Virus record (IMG/VR): IMGVR_UViG_3300020463_001618
Location: 1-33,911 of that record
Length of the DNA stretch: 33,911 bases
Strand: one strand, 5' to 3'
From: a virus
Taxonomy: Duplodnaviria; Caudoviricetes
In this document: positions 8,285-16,398 of the stretch, piece after piece
How the letters are laid out: each line of letters begins with the position of its first letter
How positions within the stretch are numbered: position 1 is the first letter of the stretch
Made by a program: the position numbers and the translations under genes
The notes under the pieces: generated by a model
What the model was told of the DNA's origin: nothing
What the model saw: only the letters and a program-made list of their open reading frames with translations
Database searches by the model: none

Positions 8285-8826
8285 TATACTGCTCCTTCTG
8301 GAGGAGTCTCTGCACCTGCACCTGTACCTGCTTCAACGCCTGCTTCTGCTGGCTCTGCCTCTGGTGCGGCACCTGGTGCTTGTCCAGGTTCGGTGTTAAT
8401 ATCGATCATTTCATTGTATCCACTGTAAATGTCTACAATAAGTTTCTTAGGCATATTAATTTCTACGACCCAAATTTCTTCACGGTCAAGTTTGCCTTTT
8501 TTAGTGCCAGGTCTAATATCATCTGGCTTACGAATCTGTCTTGGTTTTAGTATATGATCTTTTTTATACGATACTTTACAGTCATAATCTAATAGACGTT
8601 TACCGCCCATAGGATCAGGCATTAAATCTCTTGGCCACATAAACGCACAAGTAACCCAATGTCTACCAATTCTCGGACCAGCAACTAATTCGCCATCTTC
8701 CCAGTTATCGTACACATATAAATCCAGTTCGTCAAGCACTCTTTCGAAGTCTTTTAGAACCGTAAATGCGGTATCACTTTCGTAAATGCCCTGAATGTTT
8801 TGTATAACTTCTAATACGTCTTTCAT
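8284..8826 (-). CDS. Hypothetical phage protein with acidic Ala/Pro/Glu/Gly tail
   Basis: 180-aa ORF, first gene after the late promoter at 8851-8858. Confidence 0.75.
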   Translation of the reverse strand: MKDVLEVIQNIQGIYESDTAFTVLKDFERVLDELDLYVYDNWEDGELVAGPRIGRHWVTCAFMWPRDLMPDPMGGKRLLDYDCKVSYKKDHILKPRQIRKPDDIRPGTKKGKLDREEIWVVEINMPKKLIVDIYSGYNEMIDINTEPGQAPGAAPEAEPAEAGVEAGTGAGAETPPEGAV

Positions 8827-8850
8827 ATGCTATTTCCAATCTTATACACT

Positions 8851-8909
8851 TATTTATCCGGGTTAGTATTATATGTATGTGTTTTTGTCACGAGATATCT
8901 CGCTAAATA
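8851..8909. promoter_or_regulatory. Divergent late promoters
   Basis: Minus-strand GATAAATA (core 8851-8856) and plus-strand CTAAATA (core 8904-8909) upstream of phoH. Confidence 0.65.
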
Positions 8910-8961
8910 TTTTTGTAGGGAAGGGATCCTACAAAGTGTGTACTTTATCAAGGAGAACTTA

Positions 8962-9690
8962 ATGGGTGCAAAAAGAAGTGCTCGGAAGAGCAAACAAGGC
9001 TACAATAACATTGTAGCAATCAACAATTTTCTTCCACAGAAGAAAAAAGAAGTCAAAATACTACCCCGAAACATTAACCAAGAATCATACGTACTGAAAC
9101 TGTTAGACCCTAAGAAAGACATAGTCTTTGGCATAGGGCCGGCAGGAACAGGCAAAACTATGTTAGCAGTACAAACCGCGGTTAAACAATTTAAAGAGGG
9201 CGTGGTAGATAAAATAGTCGTAACAAGACCTGCTGTAAGTGCAGACGAAGATCTTGGGTTTTTACCTGGTACTATGGAGCAAAAGATGGCGCCATGGACA
9301 AGGCCAATATTCGATGTACTTAAAGAGTATTTTACAGCACATGATCTTGAAGGTATGACACAAGAAGGTGTACTTGAAATTGCACCTTTGGCATATATGC
9401 GTGGTCGTACATTTAAGAACGCATTTATAGTTGCTGATGAAATGCAGAATGCTACACAAAGTCAAATGAAAATGTTATTAACAAGATTAGGTACTGGAAG
9501 TAAAATGGCAGTTACTGGTGATCTTGCTCAGGCAGATAGACTTAGAGATAACGGACTTATAGACTTTTGTAGGCATTTAGAAAACAAGGGTACTACGGAA
9601 CGGCTAACAGTAATCGAATTCCAACGAGGGGATATTGAAAGACACGAAGCAGTTAAAGAAGTATTAGAAATATATGGAGATGTTTATTGA
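8962..9690 (+). CDS. phoH: PhoH-family ATPase
   Basis: GPAGTGKT, LGFLPG, AYMRGRTF, ADEMQN, GDLAQAD. The start is reassigned to ATG 8962 behind an AAGGAG SD. Confidence 0.95.
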   Translation: MGAKRSARKSKQGYNNIVAINNFLPQKKKEVKILPRNINQESYVLKLLDPKKDIVFGIGPAGTGKTMLAVQTAVKQFKEGVVDKIVVTRPAVSADEDLGFLPGTMEQKMAPWTRPIFDVLKEYFTAHDLEGMTQEGVLEIAPLAYMRGRTFKNAFIVADEMQNATQSQMKMLLTRLGTGSKMAVTGDLAQADRLRDNGLIDFCRHLENKGTTERLTVIEFQRGDIERHEAVKEVLEIYGDVY

Positions 9691-10454
9691 TCGCCGGGTA
9701 AGTCGGTATCGTGAGCGTCAACAGTATAGTATTTTTTTTGTTTGACCCACTTGATCCAGCCTGCGTATGTAATATTATGTAGGCTGGACACTGCTTGATG
9801 TCTTTTGATAGCAGTCTCATTTAGTTCAAACGTTTTTGCAACTTGCGATTCTCTCTTAAACGGAATAACTTGTACTAATGGTTCGCCCATCTTAATCATG
9901 GTGGGTTTAATTTCTTTTAACATAATATTAATAGGACTTTGTGGAGCACCTGTGTCATGATCCATTACACCTGGTACTGCTTCCCAGTTTTTACCTTCAT
10001 GGTAATACATAGGAAGATACAAAGTACTGTATCCAACCTTGTTCCAAGTAAACCAAGGATTGTCTAATTTAACTGCTCCTCTAACAGGAAACTTTTCACT
10101 TAGAAAATTGCCTAATTGTTCTTCAGGATGAAAAGCATCATTGTAAGTAGGTTCACTGTAACGTGTTTCTACAAACTTTCCGTCTGGTGTAGGTGTAATT
10201 TCTATATCACAAAATGCAGGAATAACAAATCCCATGCTCATATAATCTGTAATACCTGGACATGCTCTAACAGTTTTATGATGATCTATATTATGCTTAC
10301 CTTTTTCATAGTAAGGACTCATTTCTTTAAACTTTTCTGGAAAAAATTTACCTGCAGGTTGTATTGGTGCATACTTACGTACTCCCCAATTCGCACAAGC
10401 AAAATTAATCACAGGTGTGTCGGCTGAAAAAAGACTCTTAATATAGTTGAACAT
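9684..10454 (-). CDS. Hypothetical protein, possibly dUTPase-like beta fold
   Basis: CPGITDY..GFVIP, NPW, PGVMDHD and GEPLVQVIPFKR motifs. The start is reassigned to ATG 10454 (TAAGTA-N5-ATG). The fold call is tentative. Confidence 0.65.
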   Translation of the reverse strand: MFNYIKSLFSADTPVINFACANWGVRKYAPIQPAGKFFPEKFKEMSPYYEKGKHNIDHHKTVRACPGITDYMSMGFVIPAFCDIEITPTPDGKFVETRYSEPTYNDAFHPEEQLGNFLSEKFPVRGAVKLDNPWFTWNKVGYSTLYLPMYYHEGKNWEAVPGVMDHDTGAPQSPINIMLKEIKPTMIKMGEPLVQVIPFKRESQVAKTFELNETAIKRHQAVSSLHNITYAGWIKWVKQKKYYTVDAHDTDLPGDQ

Positions 10455-10459
10455 ACAGT

Positions 10460-10466
10460 TACTTAT
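10460..10466 (-). promoter_or_regulatory. Variant late promoter ATAAGTA, leaderless
   Basis: ATAAGTA-ACTGT-ATG, the same N5 spacing as the TAAATA sites. Confidence 0.6.
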
Positions 10467-11125
10467 TGGAGGTTTTCGGCAAGAGGGAATATTGTGGCTA
10501 TTACTTTGGCACAAGCATGGGCAATTTCCATATGTTCTTTTTGTGTACCATTAGCACCACGCAATTCAATATAATGAACCCAACTACGTAATGTACCATT
10601 CATGTATAATGTTGTTTTAGTAATACCTTCCGGTAAAACCTTACGTGCTTGTTCTTTTGCAATGCCTTTTTTAATTGCCCAATCGTATTCTTTTTTGGCT
10701 AAATGTGCAATACGCATTTGTGCGTGTAACCAATCAAGTTGTAGTTTTTCATCATCAACTTCAATACTGTTTTGTCTGTTCTTTTCGTCTTGTAACCTTG
10801 CTTCACTGTATTCAAACATATCGCCTTGCTCATCTGGATTAGCATAACGTTGGCTAAACTCCTGGAAACTAAAACTTCTATGTCTTACGATCTGGTGTGC
10901 AATATCTCTTGTAGTTTGTATTTCTAAACAAGCACTAACCATCTCCAATGGAGACCAATGTTGATGTTTAATTAGATACTTGATAAGTCTTTCATTAGTT
11001 TCTTTATTCATTTGGTTACTTGGATTACTTACTCTGGCACAAAACGCAATAAGGTCTTGTACATTTTCTAAATCATCTTTATAATCTTCAGTAGGCTTTG
11101 AATAACTTACTAATTTAACTTGCAT
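10463..11125 (-). CDS. thyX: Flavin-dependent thymidylate synthase
   Basis: HWSPLEM, ThyX signature RHRSFSFQEFSQRY, EQARKVLP, TQKEH. Confidence 0.96.
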   Translation of the reverse strand: MQVKLVSYSKPTEDYKDDLENVQDLIAFCARVSNPSNQMNKETNERLIKYLIKHQHWSPLEMVSACLEIQTTRDIAHQIVRHRSFSFQEFSQRYANPDEQGDMFEYSEARLQDEKNRQNSIEVDDEKLQLDWLHAQMRIAHLAKKEYDWAIKKGIAKEQARKVLPEGITKTTLYMNGTLRSWVHYIELRGANGTQKEHMEIAHACAKVIATIFPLAENLQ

Positions 11126-11693
11126 GTTCCTGTTCCTTCTTGTTTATAGTTGCACTGATGTTGCCTGATATTGCAACTCTATCATGACTGCAATCTTGAT
11201 GTGGTACGTTATGACTCGTGTTACCTGGAAATATTACCATCAATCCAGTTCTTGGTTTGACTTTAAAGTGTGATCTTGTAAACATTAACGGGGAGCATTT
11301 TTCACATGCATTTACATAATATACAAAACTAAATGTAGCAGGCCAGTGAGCATGTTCAACTGTATGATGACCTACTCCTGTCCTATAAACCATTCCCCAA
11401 CAGTCAATTATATCCCAACGCATCATTTGTGCGCCACGTTGACTTAATCCTTCTATGCTATTAATACATTGCAATATAGCAAAGTCGCATATCTTTTTAA
11501 AGTCAGGATCTTGGTATAGTCTAAAGTCAGTCATATCCGCTTTTACGTTGCTTCTATGTTGTAACTCATCACCCATATCATATATCTTTTTTTCGAGTAT
11601 AGGATTAAGGTTATCAGCATTGCCGTAACTGACTTGTATTACGTCAAATTCTTCTTGTGAAATTAATGGTGTTACTTGAAAAAAGTCTTCCAA
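11115..11693 (-). CDS. 2OG-Fe(II) oxygenase-family protein
   Basis: HAH...FSFVYYV, FPGNTSHNV and RVAISGNI give the HxH...H...R pattern of phage-type oxygenases. TTG start. Confidence 0.82.
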   Translation of the reverse strand: MEDFFQVTPLISQEEFDVIQVSYGNADNLNPILEKKIYDMGDELQHRSNVKADMTDFRLYQDPDFKKICDFAILQCINSIEGLSQRGAQMMRWDIIDCWGMVYRTGVGHHTVEHAHWPATFSFVYYVNACEKCSPLMFTRSHFKVKPRTGLMVIFPGNTSHNVPHQDCSHDRVAISGNISATINKKEQEHAS

Positions 11694-12038
11694 CTATCCC
11701 GTCCTTAGTAATATATGATAACCGTACTCAGTTTTAATTGGAAATGTAAGCATTTCGTCTTTGTTTATTCCACTTATAGGTTTAGCAATTTCATATTCCA
11801 TATCACCTGGATAGTGAAACCACCCTAAGTCGCCACCATTCTTTGCACTTTTTCTACAAGCACTATGTTCTTTTGCCGCTTGATCGAAAGTTAGTAAACC
11901 TTCTATAATATCTTGAATAATAAAACCGGCTTCTTGTTCTGCCGCTGGTGCAGGACGGTTACTTGTTTGTGCAGTAGCACCTATATGGCTAATTAAAATA
12001 TGGCTTGCTCTTAATTTTTGTATTTTAATATCAGTCAC
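11694..12038 (-). CDS. Parvulin-type peptidyl-prolyl isomerase
   Basis: [36 protein letters not shown]. The start is reassigned to GTG 12038 behind a GGAGG SD. Confidence 0.9.
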   Translation of the reverse strand: MTDIKIQKLRASHILISHIGATAQTSNRPAPAAEQEAGFIIQDIIEGLLTFDQAAKEHSACRKSAKNGGDLGWFHYPGDMEYEIAKPISGINKDEMLTFPIKTEYGYHILLRTG

Positions 12039-12378
12039 TTGATCCTCCCGGTTTGGGTGAGAAATATTTGTCAAACTTATCAGGAACGTCTGCCATTTCT
12101 TTGGCATTAGATGGGACGTCATCTGGACGAGCTACAGTTATATTAGGCCATTTGTTTGCATATTCTGTGTTTATATCAAGCCAACGGTTGCCAGTGTCTT
12201 CTGCATCAGTTATAATTGCATCTACAGGACATTCAGGTTGGCATACTCCACAGTCAATACACTCATCTGGATTAATAACAAGCATGTTTTCACCTTCATA
12301 AAAGCAATCCACAGGGCATACCTCGACACAGTCCATATGTTTACAACCTATACATTTGTCATTGACTAAGTATGTCAT
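12031..12378 (-). CDS. fdxA: 7Fe ([3Fe-4S][4Fe-4S]) ferredoxin FdxA
   Basis: [21 protein letters not shown] and [15 protein letters not shown], plus the FdxA C-terminal extension (KWPNIT...KYFSP). Confidence 0.93.
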   Translation of the reverse strand: MTYLVNDKCIGCKHMDCVEVCPVDCFYEGENMLVINPDECIDCGVCQPECPVDAIITDAEDTGNRWLDINTEYANKWPNITVARPDDVPSNAKEMADVPDKFDKYFSPKPGGSSD

Positions 12379-12383
12379 ATTAT

Positions 12384-12390
12384 TACTTAT
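12384..12390 (-). promoter_or_regulatory. Variant late promoter ATAAGTA, leaderless
   Basis: ATAAGTA-ATAAT-ATG before fdxA, with no SD. Confidence 0.55.
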
Positions 12391-12394
12391 TAAA

Positions 12395-13309
12395 TTAAAG
12401 ACGTGCCAATCTAATCATGGTCGCCGCCAAGTTAATCTCAGGATCTGCAACAAGAGTATGATCTACCAAGCCTTGTTTAATTACAAGTATTGCACTTTCT
12501 TGTTTTTCTTCATCACCGAACAATGCAATGTTATCATACATCCACTTGTAGATATCTTCTACTTCATCTGGGCGTACTTGACTACAAACAAGTTTCCTTG
12601 CTTGATTAATTTTTCCTGCTTTAAATAATTCAACCATCTCAATTTTATAATCTGCTTCACCTGTATCACCTTCTTGTGGCTTTTGCAAAGCACCATCAAC
12701 TGCATTCATTTGCACCATGTTAATACATTTACGTAAATCAGGATAAGTTGCTTTTACATAAGTATCAAGTGTATCTAAGTCTGGAGTAACACTTTCGTCA
12801 ATTAATATTTTTGCCACTCTTGCAGTAAATTCTGTTTGATCAATACGTTCAATATGGAAACCTTGACATCTACTGTGTAGTGCTGGAATAATTCTGTTAG
12901 GATAATTACAAGTTAGGATAAATCTGCTTGTTGTATGATATTCTTCCATCACACCACGCAATGCCGCTTGTGCATTAGGACTTAAATAGTCTGCCTCATC
13001 AAGTAGTACAACCTTAAACTCTCCAAATGGAATCATTTGTACAAAGTTTACAATCTTATCACGTACATCTTCTACACTATTTGTTCTACTTGCATTAATT
13101 TCTAATACATCTAAATCATTAATTTCAAGTTCATTAAACAATAGTTTTGCAAGTGTTGTTTTACCTATACCTGCGTTACCACTGAATAGCAAATGAGGAA
13201 TCGTTCCTTCTTTGATCCATTGCTTTACTTGATTCTTTTGATGTTCATCTCTAAAAACATATCCTTCTACTGTCTTAGGACGATACTTTTCTACCCATAG
13301 TTCTTTCAT
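12395..13309 (-). CDS. Clamp loader AAA+ subunit (RFC small subunit/T4 gp44-like)
   Basis: [43 protein letters not shown] motif. Confidence 0.93.
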   Translation of the reverse strand: MKELWVEKYRPKTVEGYVFRDEHQKNQVKQWIKEGTIPHLLFSGNAGIGKTTLAKLLFNELEINDLDVLEINASRTNSVEDVRDKIVNFVQMIPFGEFKVVLLDEADYLSPNAQAALRGVMEEYHTTSRFILTCNYPNRIIPALHSRCQGFHIERIDQTEFTARVAKILIDESVTPDLDTLDTYVKATYPDLRKCINMVQMNAVDGALQKPQEGDTGEADYKIEMVELFKAGKINQARKLVCSQVRPDEVEDIYKWMYDNIALFGDEEKQESAILVIKQGLVDHTLVADPEINLAATMIRLARL

Positions 13310-13713
13310 GCCTGGTTTATCCTTTTTCTTAATTCACTTGTGCTAAATGAATGTTGCCTTTTATTATAGTATATTTCTATGCCTTTGTCAACACATAATT
13401 CTTTTCCCGTATACTCTTTTGATCTATATTCTTCTCCAATAAAACGAGTAGTAATTTGGTAAGTTAATAGAATGTCAATTATATCTTGTTCAGTTGCATA
13501 TGGAATAATTTGATCGATATATTTACAACCTTCAAGTTGTACATATCTTTCAAAAACACTCTGTATTGGTTTGTTCTTTTCTGGTCTGTCTATTGTAGGA
13601 TCTGTTTGTAATCCTACTATTAAGAAATCACAGTTTGTTTTTGCTTCTTTGAGCATAGCAACGTGTCCACTATGGAACAGATCAAACGATGAGAATGTTA
13701 TTCCTGTATTCAT
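13306..13713 (-). CDS. Cytidylyltransferase (TagD/glycerol-3-phosphate CT-like)
   Basis: FDLFHSGH (HxGH), KPIQSVFER, C-terminal FSTSELR. Confidence 0.88.
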   Translation of the reverse strand: MNTGITFSSFDLFHSGHVAMLKEAKTNCDFLIVGLQTDPTIDRPEKNKPIQSVFERYVQLEGCKYIDQIIPYATEQDIIDILLTYQITTRFIGEEYRSKEYTGKELCVDKGIEIYYNKRQHSFSTSELRKRINQA

Positions 13714-13719
13714 AGTACT

Positions 13720-13748
13720 ATTATACTTGCAAACGGGACGTTTGTCAA
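13720..13748 (-). promoter_or_regulatory. Perfect sigma70 promoter for the cytidylyltransferase and clamp loader genes, leaderless
   Basis: TTGACA (13743-13748), N17, TATAAT (13720-13725), 6 nt, then ATG (13713). Confidence 0.9.
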
Positions 13749-13755
13749 GTCTTTT

Positions 13756-14178
13756 TTAAAGATCGCCGTCTTTGCGATTCTCCGAAAAGTGTACATCAAA
13801 TTCACCACCCGGATATCTTGCCTTCAATTTGTTTACGTTTTCTTCTAAGACTTCATTAGGGTCAAGACCCAAAGCACGACAACTGTTGATCCAATACCAA
13901 GCAATATCGCCAAGTTCTCGTTTAGCATGAAATATAGTTTCATTGTCCAATGGTTTACCTTGGAAGATACATTTTTTAACAATTTCACTGAATTCTCCTC
14001 CTTCGCTCGCCATTCCTATCGAGCCTGTTAGTAGTAGTGCCATATTAACACCACTATCTTTTTCAAGTTTTTCTAACTGTGAAGTTAGTCCGCCTGTCTC
14101 ATTACTTTGTAATGAGGTAACCTTTTCTACAAAATCTTTGTACTTGTTTAGATCTACGTTATTCAATCTTACTTCCAC
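13756..14178 (-). CDS. mazG: MazG-like nucleotide pyrophosphohydrolase
   Basis: GMASEGGEFSEIVKK, ELGDIAWY, NVNKLKARYP. The start could instead be TTG 14166. Confidence 0.88.
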   Translation of the reverse strand: MEVRLNNVDLNKYKDFVEKVTSLQSNETGGLTSQLEKLEKDSGVNMALLLTGSIGMASEGGEFSEIVKKCIFQGKPLDNETIFHAKRELGDIAWYWINSCRALGLDPNEVLEENVNKLKARYPGGEFDVHFSENRKDGDL

Positions 14179-14181
14179 TTC

Positions 14182-14625
14182 TTAATTTGCGCCAAAGTCT
14201 TCTGGCCTGTGTGATTCGTTATCTCCAGCACCTGTAAAACTTCCAAATGCAACGTCTTCAGGTATTTCATCTGACCAACCAAGAATTGATTCTGCTTCAA
14301 CTGTACGCATGTCTACGTAATTACCATCGTCATTTACATCAACTTGGAATGTACGTGTCCAGCGACCATGTTCTACAAGAACCCAATCACCTACTTCATA
14401 AGGATCAGTATTTGTTTTACCTTTGGAAACAATTTGTCCCCAACGTGACTTAATACCTCTATCTTTACCATCATCACTTGTAATAATAATTCCTCCTGCA
14501 GTCTTTTGTTCGCCGAAGTTCATGTTCTTTACAATAACACGATTATGGATAGGTCTGATACTACCTTTTACTTTAGTTGGAATAGCCGGCTTTCCAGCCG
14601 CCATTGCTTCGTAGTCTAAACTCAT
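14182..14625 (-). CDS. groES: Co-chaperonin GroES-like protein
   Basis: IRPIHNRVIV, mobile loop EQKTAGGIII, VGDWVLV, ESILG. It carries an acidic C-terminal extension. Confidence 0.88.
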   Translation of the reverse strand: MSLDYEAMAAGKPAIPTKVKGSIRPIHNRVIVKNMNFGEQKTAGGIIITSDDGKDRGIKSRWGQIVSKGKTNTDPYEVGDWVLVEHGRWTRTFQVDVNDDGNYVDMRTVEAESILGWSDEIPEDVAFGSFTGAGDNESHRPEDFGAN

Positions 14626-14999
14626 TAGTCACCTCTTTTTACAAAATTGCCATCGTCGTCTTCGACCCACTCGTCTTCAACAACAGTTTCTTTCTCAACT
14701 TTTTTAGTTGCCTTTTTAGCAACAGGTGTTTCATTAACAACTGCTTCTACAGGTTCAGCCTTTTTTGCTACAGGTTGTTCATCTGCAACAACATTAGGAT
14801 TATCTCTGTAATAGTCAGCCATAACGTCTTCACGTTTTCTAATGATCTTACCACCCGGACCTAATTCATCACCACGTGCATTAACACGGGCATTTCCTAC
14901 AGCCGGAGTAAGTTCGTTCTTTTGACGTAATAAGTCCATGTCAACTTGTTTACCTTGCATTGACTTGTAGACTTTTCGTCCTTTTTGTTGTACTGCCAT
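14625..14999 (-). CDS. Hypothetical protein coupled to groES
   Basis: 124 aa, AGGAG SD, late promoter upstream, 1-nt overlap with groES. Confidence 0.75.
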   Translation of the reverse strand: MAVQQKGRKVYKSMQGKQVDMDLLRQKNELTPAVGNARVNARGDELGPGGKIIRKREDVMADYYRDNPNVVADEQPVAKKAEPVEAVVNETPVAKKATKKVEKETVVEDEWVEDDDGNFVKRGD

Positions 15000-15016
15000 A
15001 ATATTCTCCTATTATA

Positions 15017-15028
15017 TATTTACTTATC
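15017..15028 (-). promoter_or_regulatory. Late promoter (overlapping TAAGTA/TAAATA)
   Basis: GATAAGTAAATA followed by a short leader with an AGGAG SD. Confidence 0.7.
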
Positions 15029-15554
15029 TCAGGAACTCTTGCCAGTCCAGGTCAAAGTGAATTGAGTCAATTCTATGAATGCCAATCAAATATAGCACAT
15101 AACTCGCCACACTTGATCCTCTACCTACACCCCATACTATATTATTCTCTCGCATGAAGTCTACCAAATATATCATATAACGTAATAAGTTGTGCATATC
15201 ACGTTTTTTGTATTCATCCAATTCTTCCCAAATCCTTTGCTGTACATTTTCAGGACATGGAGTTTTTGCTTTACTTAAAACATAATCATACACGTTTAAC
15301 TCTTTATATCTATCAGGCATAAACCATTCACTTTGACATACGTTATCAAATGTTTTTTGGTCTACATCTATCGGAACATAAAATTGTAATTCAGGATTAC
15401 CAAATTCCTTCGCCCACTTATTAAACTGTTCAAGTTCATCATTCTTATCACAAAGAACAATATGACACTTGTCAATAGATCCTGTATAGATCATATCGAT
15501 TAAGTTTTGATTCGTAAATGTAGGAACTCCGTTAGAGTTTGTTTTTATAAGCAT
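15024..15554 (-). CDS. Stand-alone N-terminal piece of a split family C DNA polymerase (DnaE-like)
   Basis: WGVGRGSSVASYVLYLIGIHRIDSIHFDLDWQEFLR matches DnaE G.GRGS.AGSLV.Y.LGIT.IDP....L.FERFL. The ORF stops just before the catalytic PDIDxD motif. Confidence 0.85.
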   Translation of the reverse strand: MLIKTNSNGVPTFTNQNLIDMIYTGSIDKCHIVLCDKNDELEQFNKWAKEFGNPELQFYVPIDVDQKTFDNVCQSEWFMPDRYKELNVYDYVLSKAKTPCPENVQQRIWEELDEYKKRDMHNLLRYMIYLVDFMRENNIVWGVGRGSSVASYVLYLIGIHRIDSIHFDLDWQEFLR

Positions 15555-15560
15555 GTATGT

Positions 15561-15589
15561 ATTTTAACTGATATTAATGAGATTGTCAA
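15561..15589 (-). promoter_or_regulatory. sigma70 promoter for the DnaE fragment, leaderless
   Basis: TTGACA (15584-15589), N17, TAAAAT (15561-15566), 6 nt, then ATG (15554). It is embedded in the end of the upstream gene. Confidence 0.8.
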
Positions 15590-15788
15590 GATCTTTATCG
15601 CCATTTTCGCTCATTTCTTTTCTGTAGCGTGTGCGAAGTTCATCTCGGTAGCCGTCTAATATCATAGACATTTGCATTTGGACTTCTGGGTTGCGTGTCA
15701 TGAAATACTTTTTGGATAGTTCAGTTAACTTCGCTTCAATTTGCGGAGTCGTGAATTCGGTTAAATCTTCATGATGCGGATGAATCAT
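15564..15788 (-). CDS. Small helical hypothetical protein
   Basis: Probable start MIHPHHEDL at 15788, just after the upstream stop. 74 aa. Confidence 0.65.
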   Translation of the reverse strand: MIHPHHEDLTEFTTPQIEAKLTELSKKYFMTRNPEVQMQMSMILDGYRDELRTRYRKEMSENGDKDLDNLINIS

Positions 15789-15790
15789 AA

Positions 15791-16366
15791 CTACGCCGCG
15801 TATGTGCCGTCGTATTTTACAAAGATAGTTGAACCTGCATTGTAAGTCCAAAAATCAATTACAATAGGATTGCTGTCGTTAGTTACTGAGATTTCATTCT
15901 TTGGTGAAGTATATGGCCAATCATTATGATATTTTAATGTTGAACCTGCTTCAGTACCAATAGTTAAAGTACGTGTTGTACCGTCGTTAACAAGTATTAC
16001 TCTAATCTTACCAACTTTACCTGACTCAGGCCAACCAGTTGTTGTAAGAGTAACATCGCCACTAATAATAAAAGTTTGAACTGGGCCAAACTGGAAGTCA
16101 ATGTTCTGAGAGGCTTGAACAGTACCACCAGCGTTTAATTCTTCACTTACGTCAACTAAATTGGCGTTGGAAATATTATTTCCTAAGAAGTTATTCGCTT
16201 CGTTCTTCTTTGCTGTGTTATCTTGTAGTGCTTCAATTTCTGCTTTTGATGCAACGAAATTGCTTTTGATTGTACCAAAATTATCTCTAAACCCTTGTGA
16301 GTCATTGTCTTGACCTGCTACAGGGTATGCTGAGTTAATGCTTACATCATCAATATTACTTGCCAT
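15791..16366 (-). CDS. Putative virion structural (baseplate/fibre) protein
   Basis: N-terminal GQDNDSQGFRDNF..IK.NF coiled segment and a beta-rich C-terminus. Late promoter (core 16388-16393) plus GAGG SD. Confidence 0.7.
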   Translation of the reverse strand: MASNIDDVSINSAYPVAGQDNDSQGFRDNFGTIKSNFVASKAEIEALQDNTAKKNEANNFLGNNISNANLVDVSEELNAGGTVQASQNIDFQFGPVQTFIISGDVTLTTTGWPESGKVGKIRVILVNDGTTRTLTIGTEAGSTLKYHNDWPYTSPKNEISVTNDSNPIVIDFWTYNAGSTIFVKYDGTYAA

Positions 16367-16387
16367 TATATTACCTCTCTATGCTTT

Positions 16388-16395
16388 TATTTATC
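16388..16395 (-). promoter_or_regulatory. Late promoter GATAAATA
   Basis: GATAAATA-AAAGC-ATAGAGAGGTAATATA-ATG. Confidence 0.75.
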
Positions 16396-16398
16396 TGT

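Noticed and set aside
8868-8891. Minus-strand TATAAT with upstream GTGACA as a sigma70 promoter
   Set aside because: The spacer is only 12 nt.
8827-8961. Hydrophobic 45-aa N-terminal extension on PhoH
   Set aside because: It spans the divergent promoter region, and the strong SD supports ATG 8962.
12039-12122. ORF-track 5' extensions (parvulin to 12122, and likewise 10514, 15851, 19744, 32323, 6951)
   Set aside because: They overlap upstream genes, and better starts exist with an SD or promoter spacing.
15024-15554. Split-intein DnaE as in cyanobacteria
   Set aside because: There is no intein N-terminal block (C/S-start) at the C-terminus, and the break point is in the palm region.
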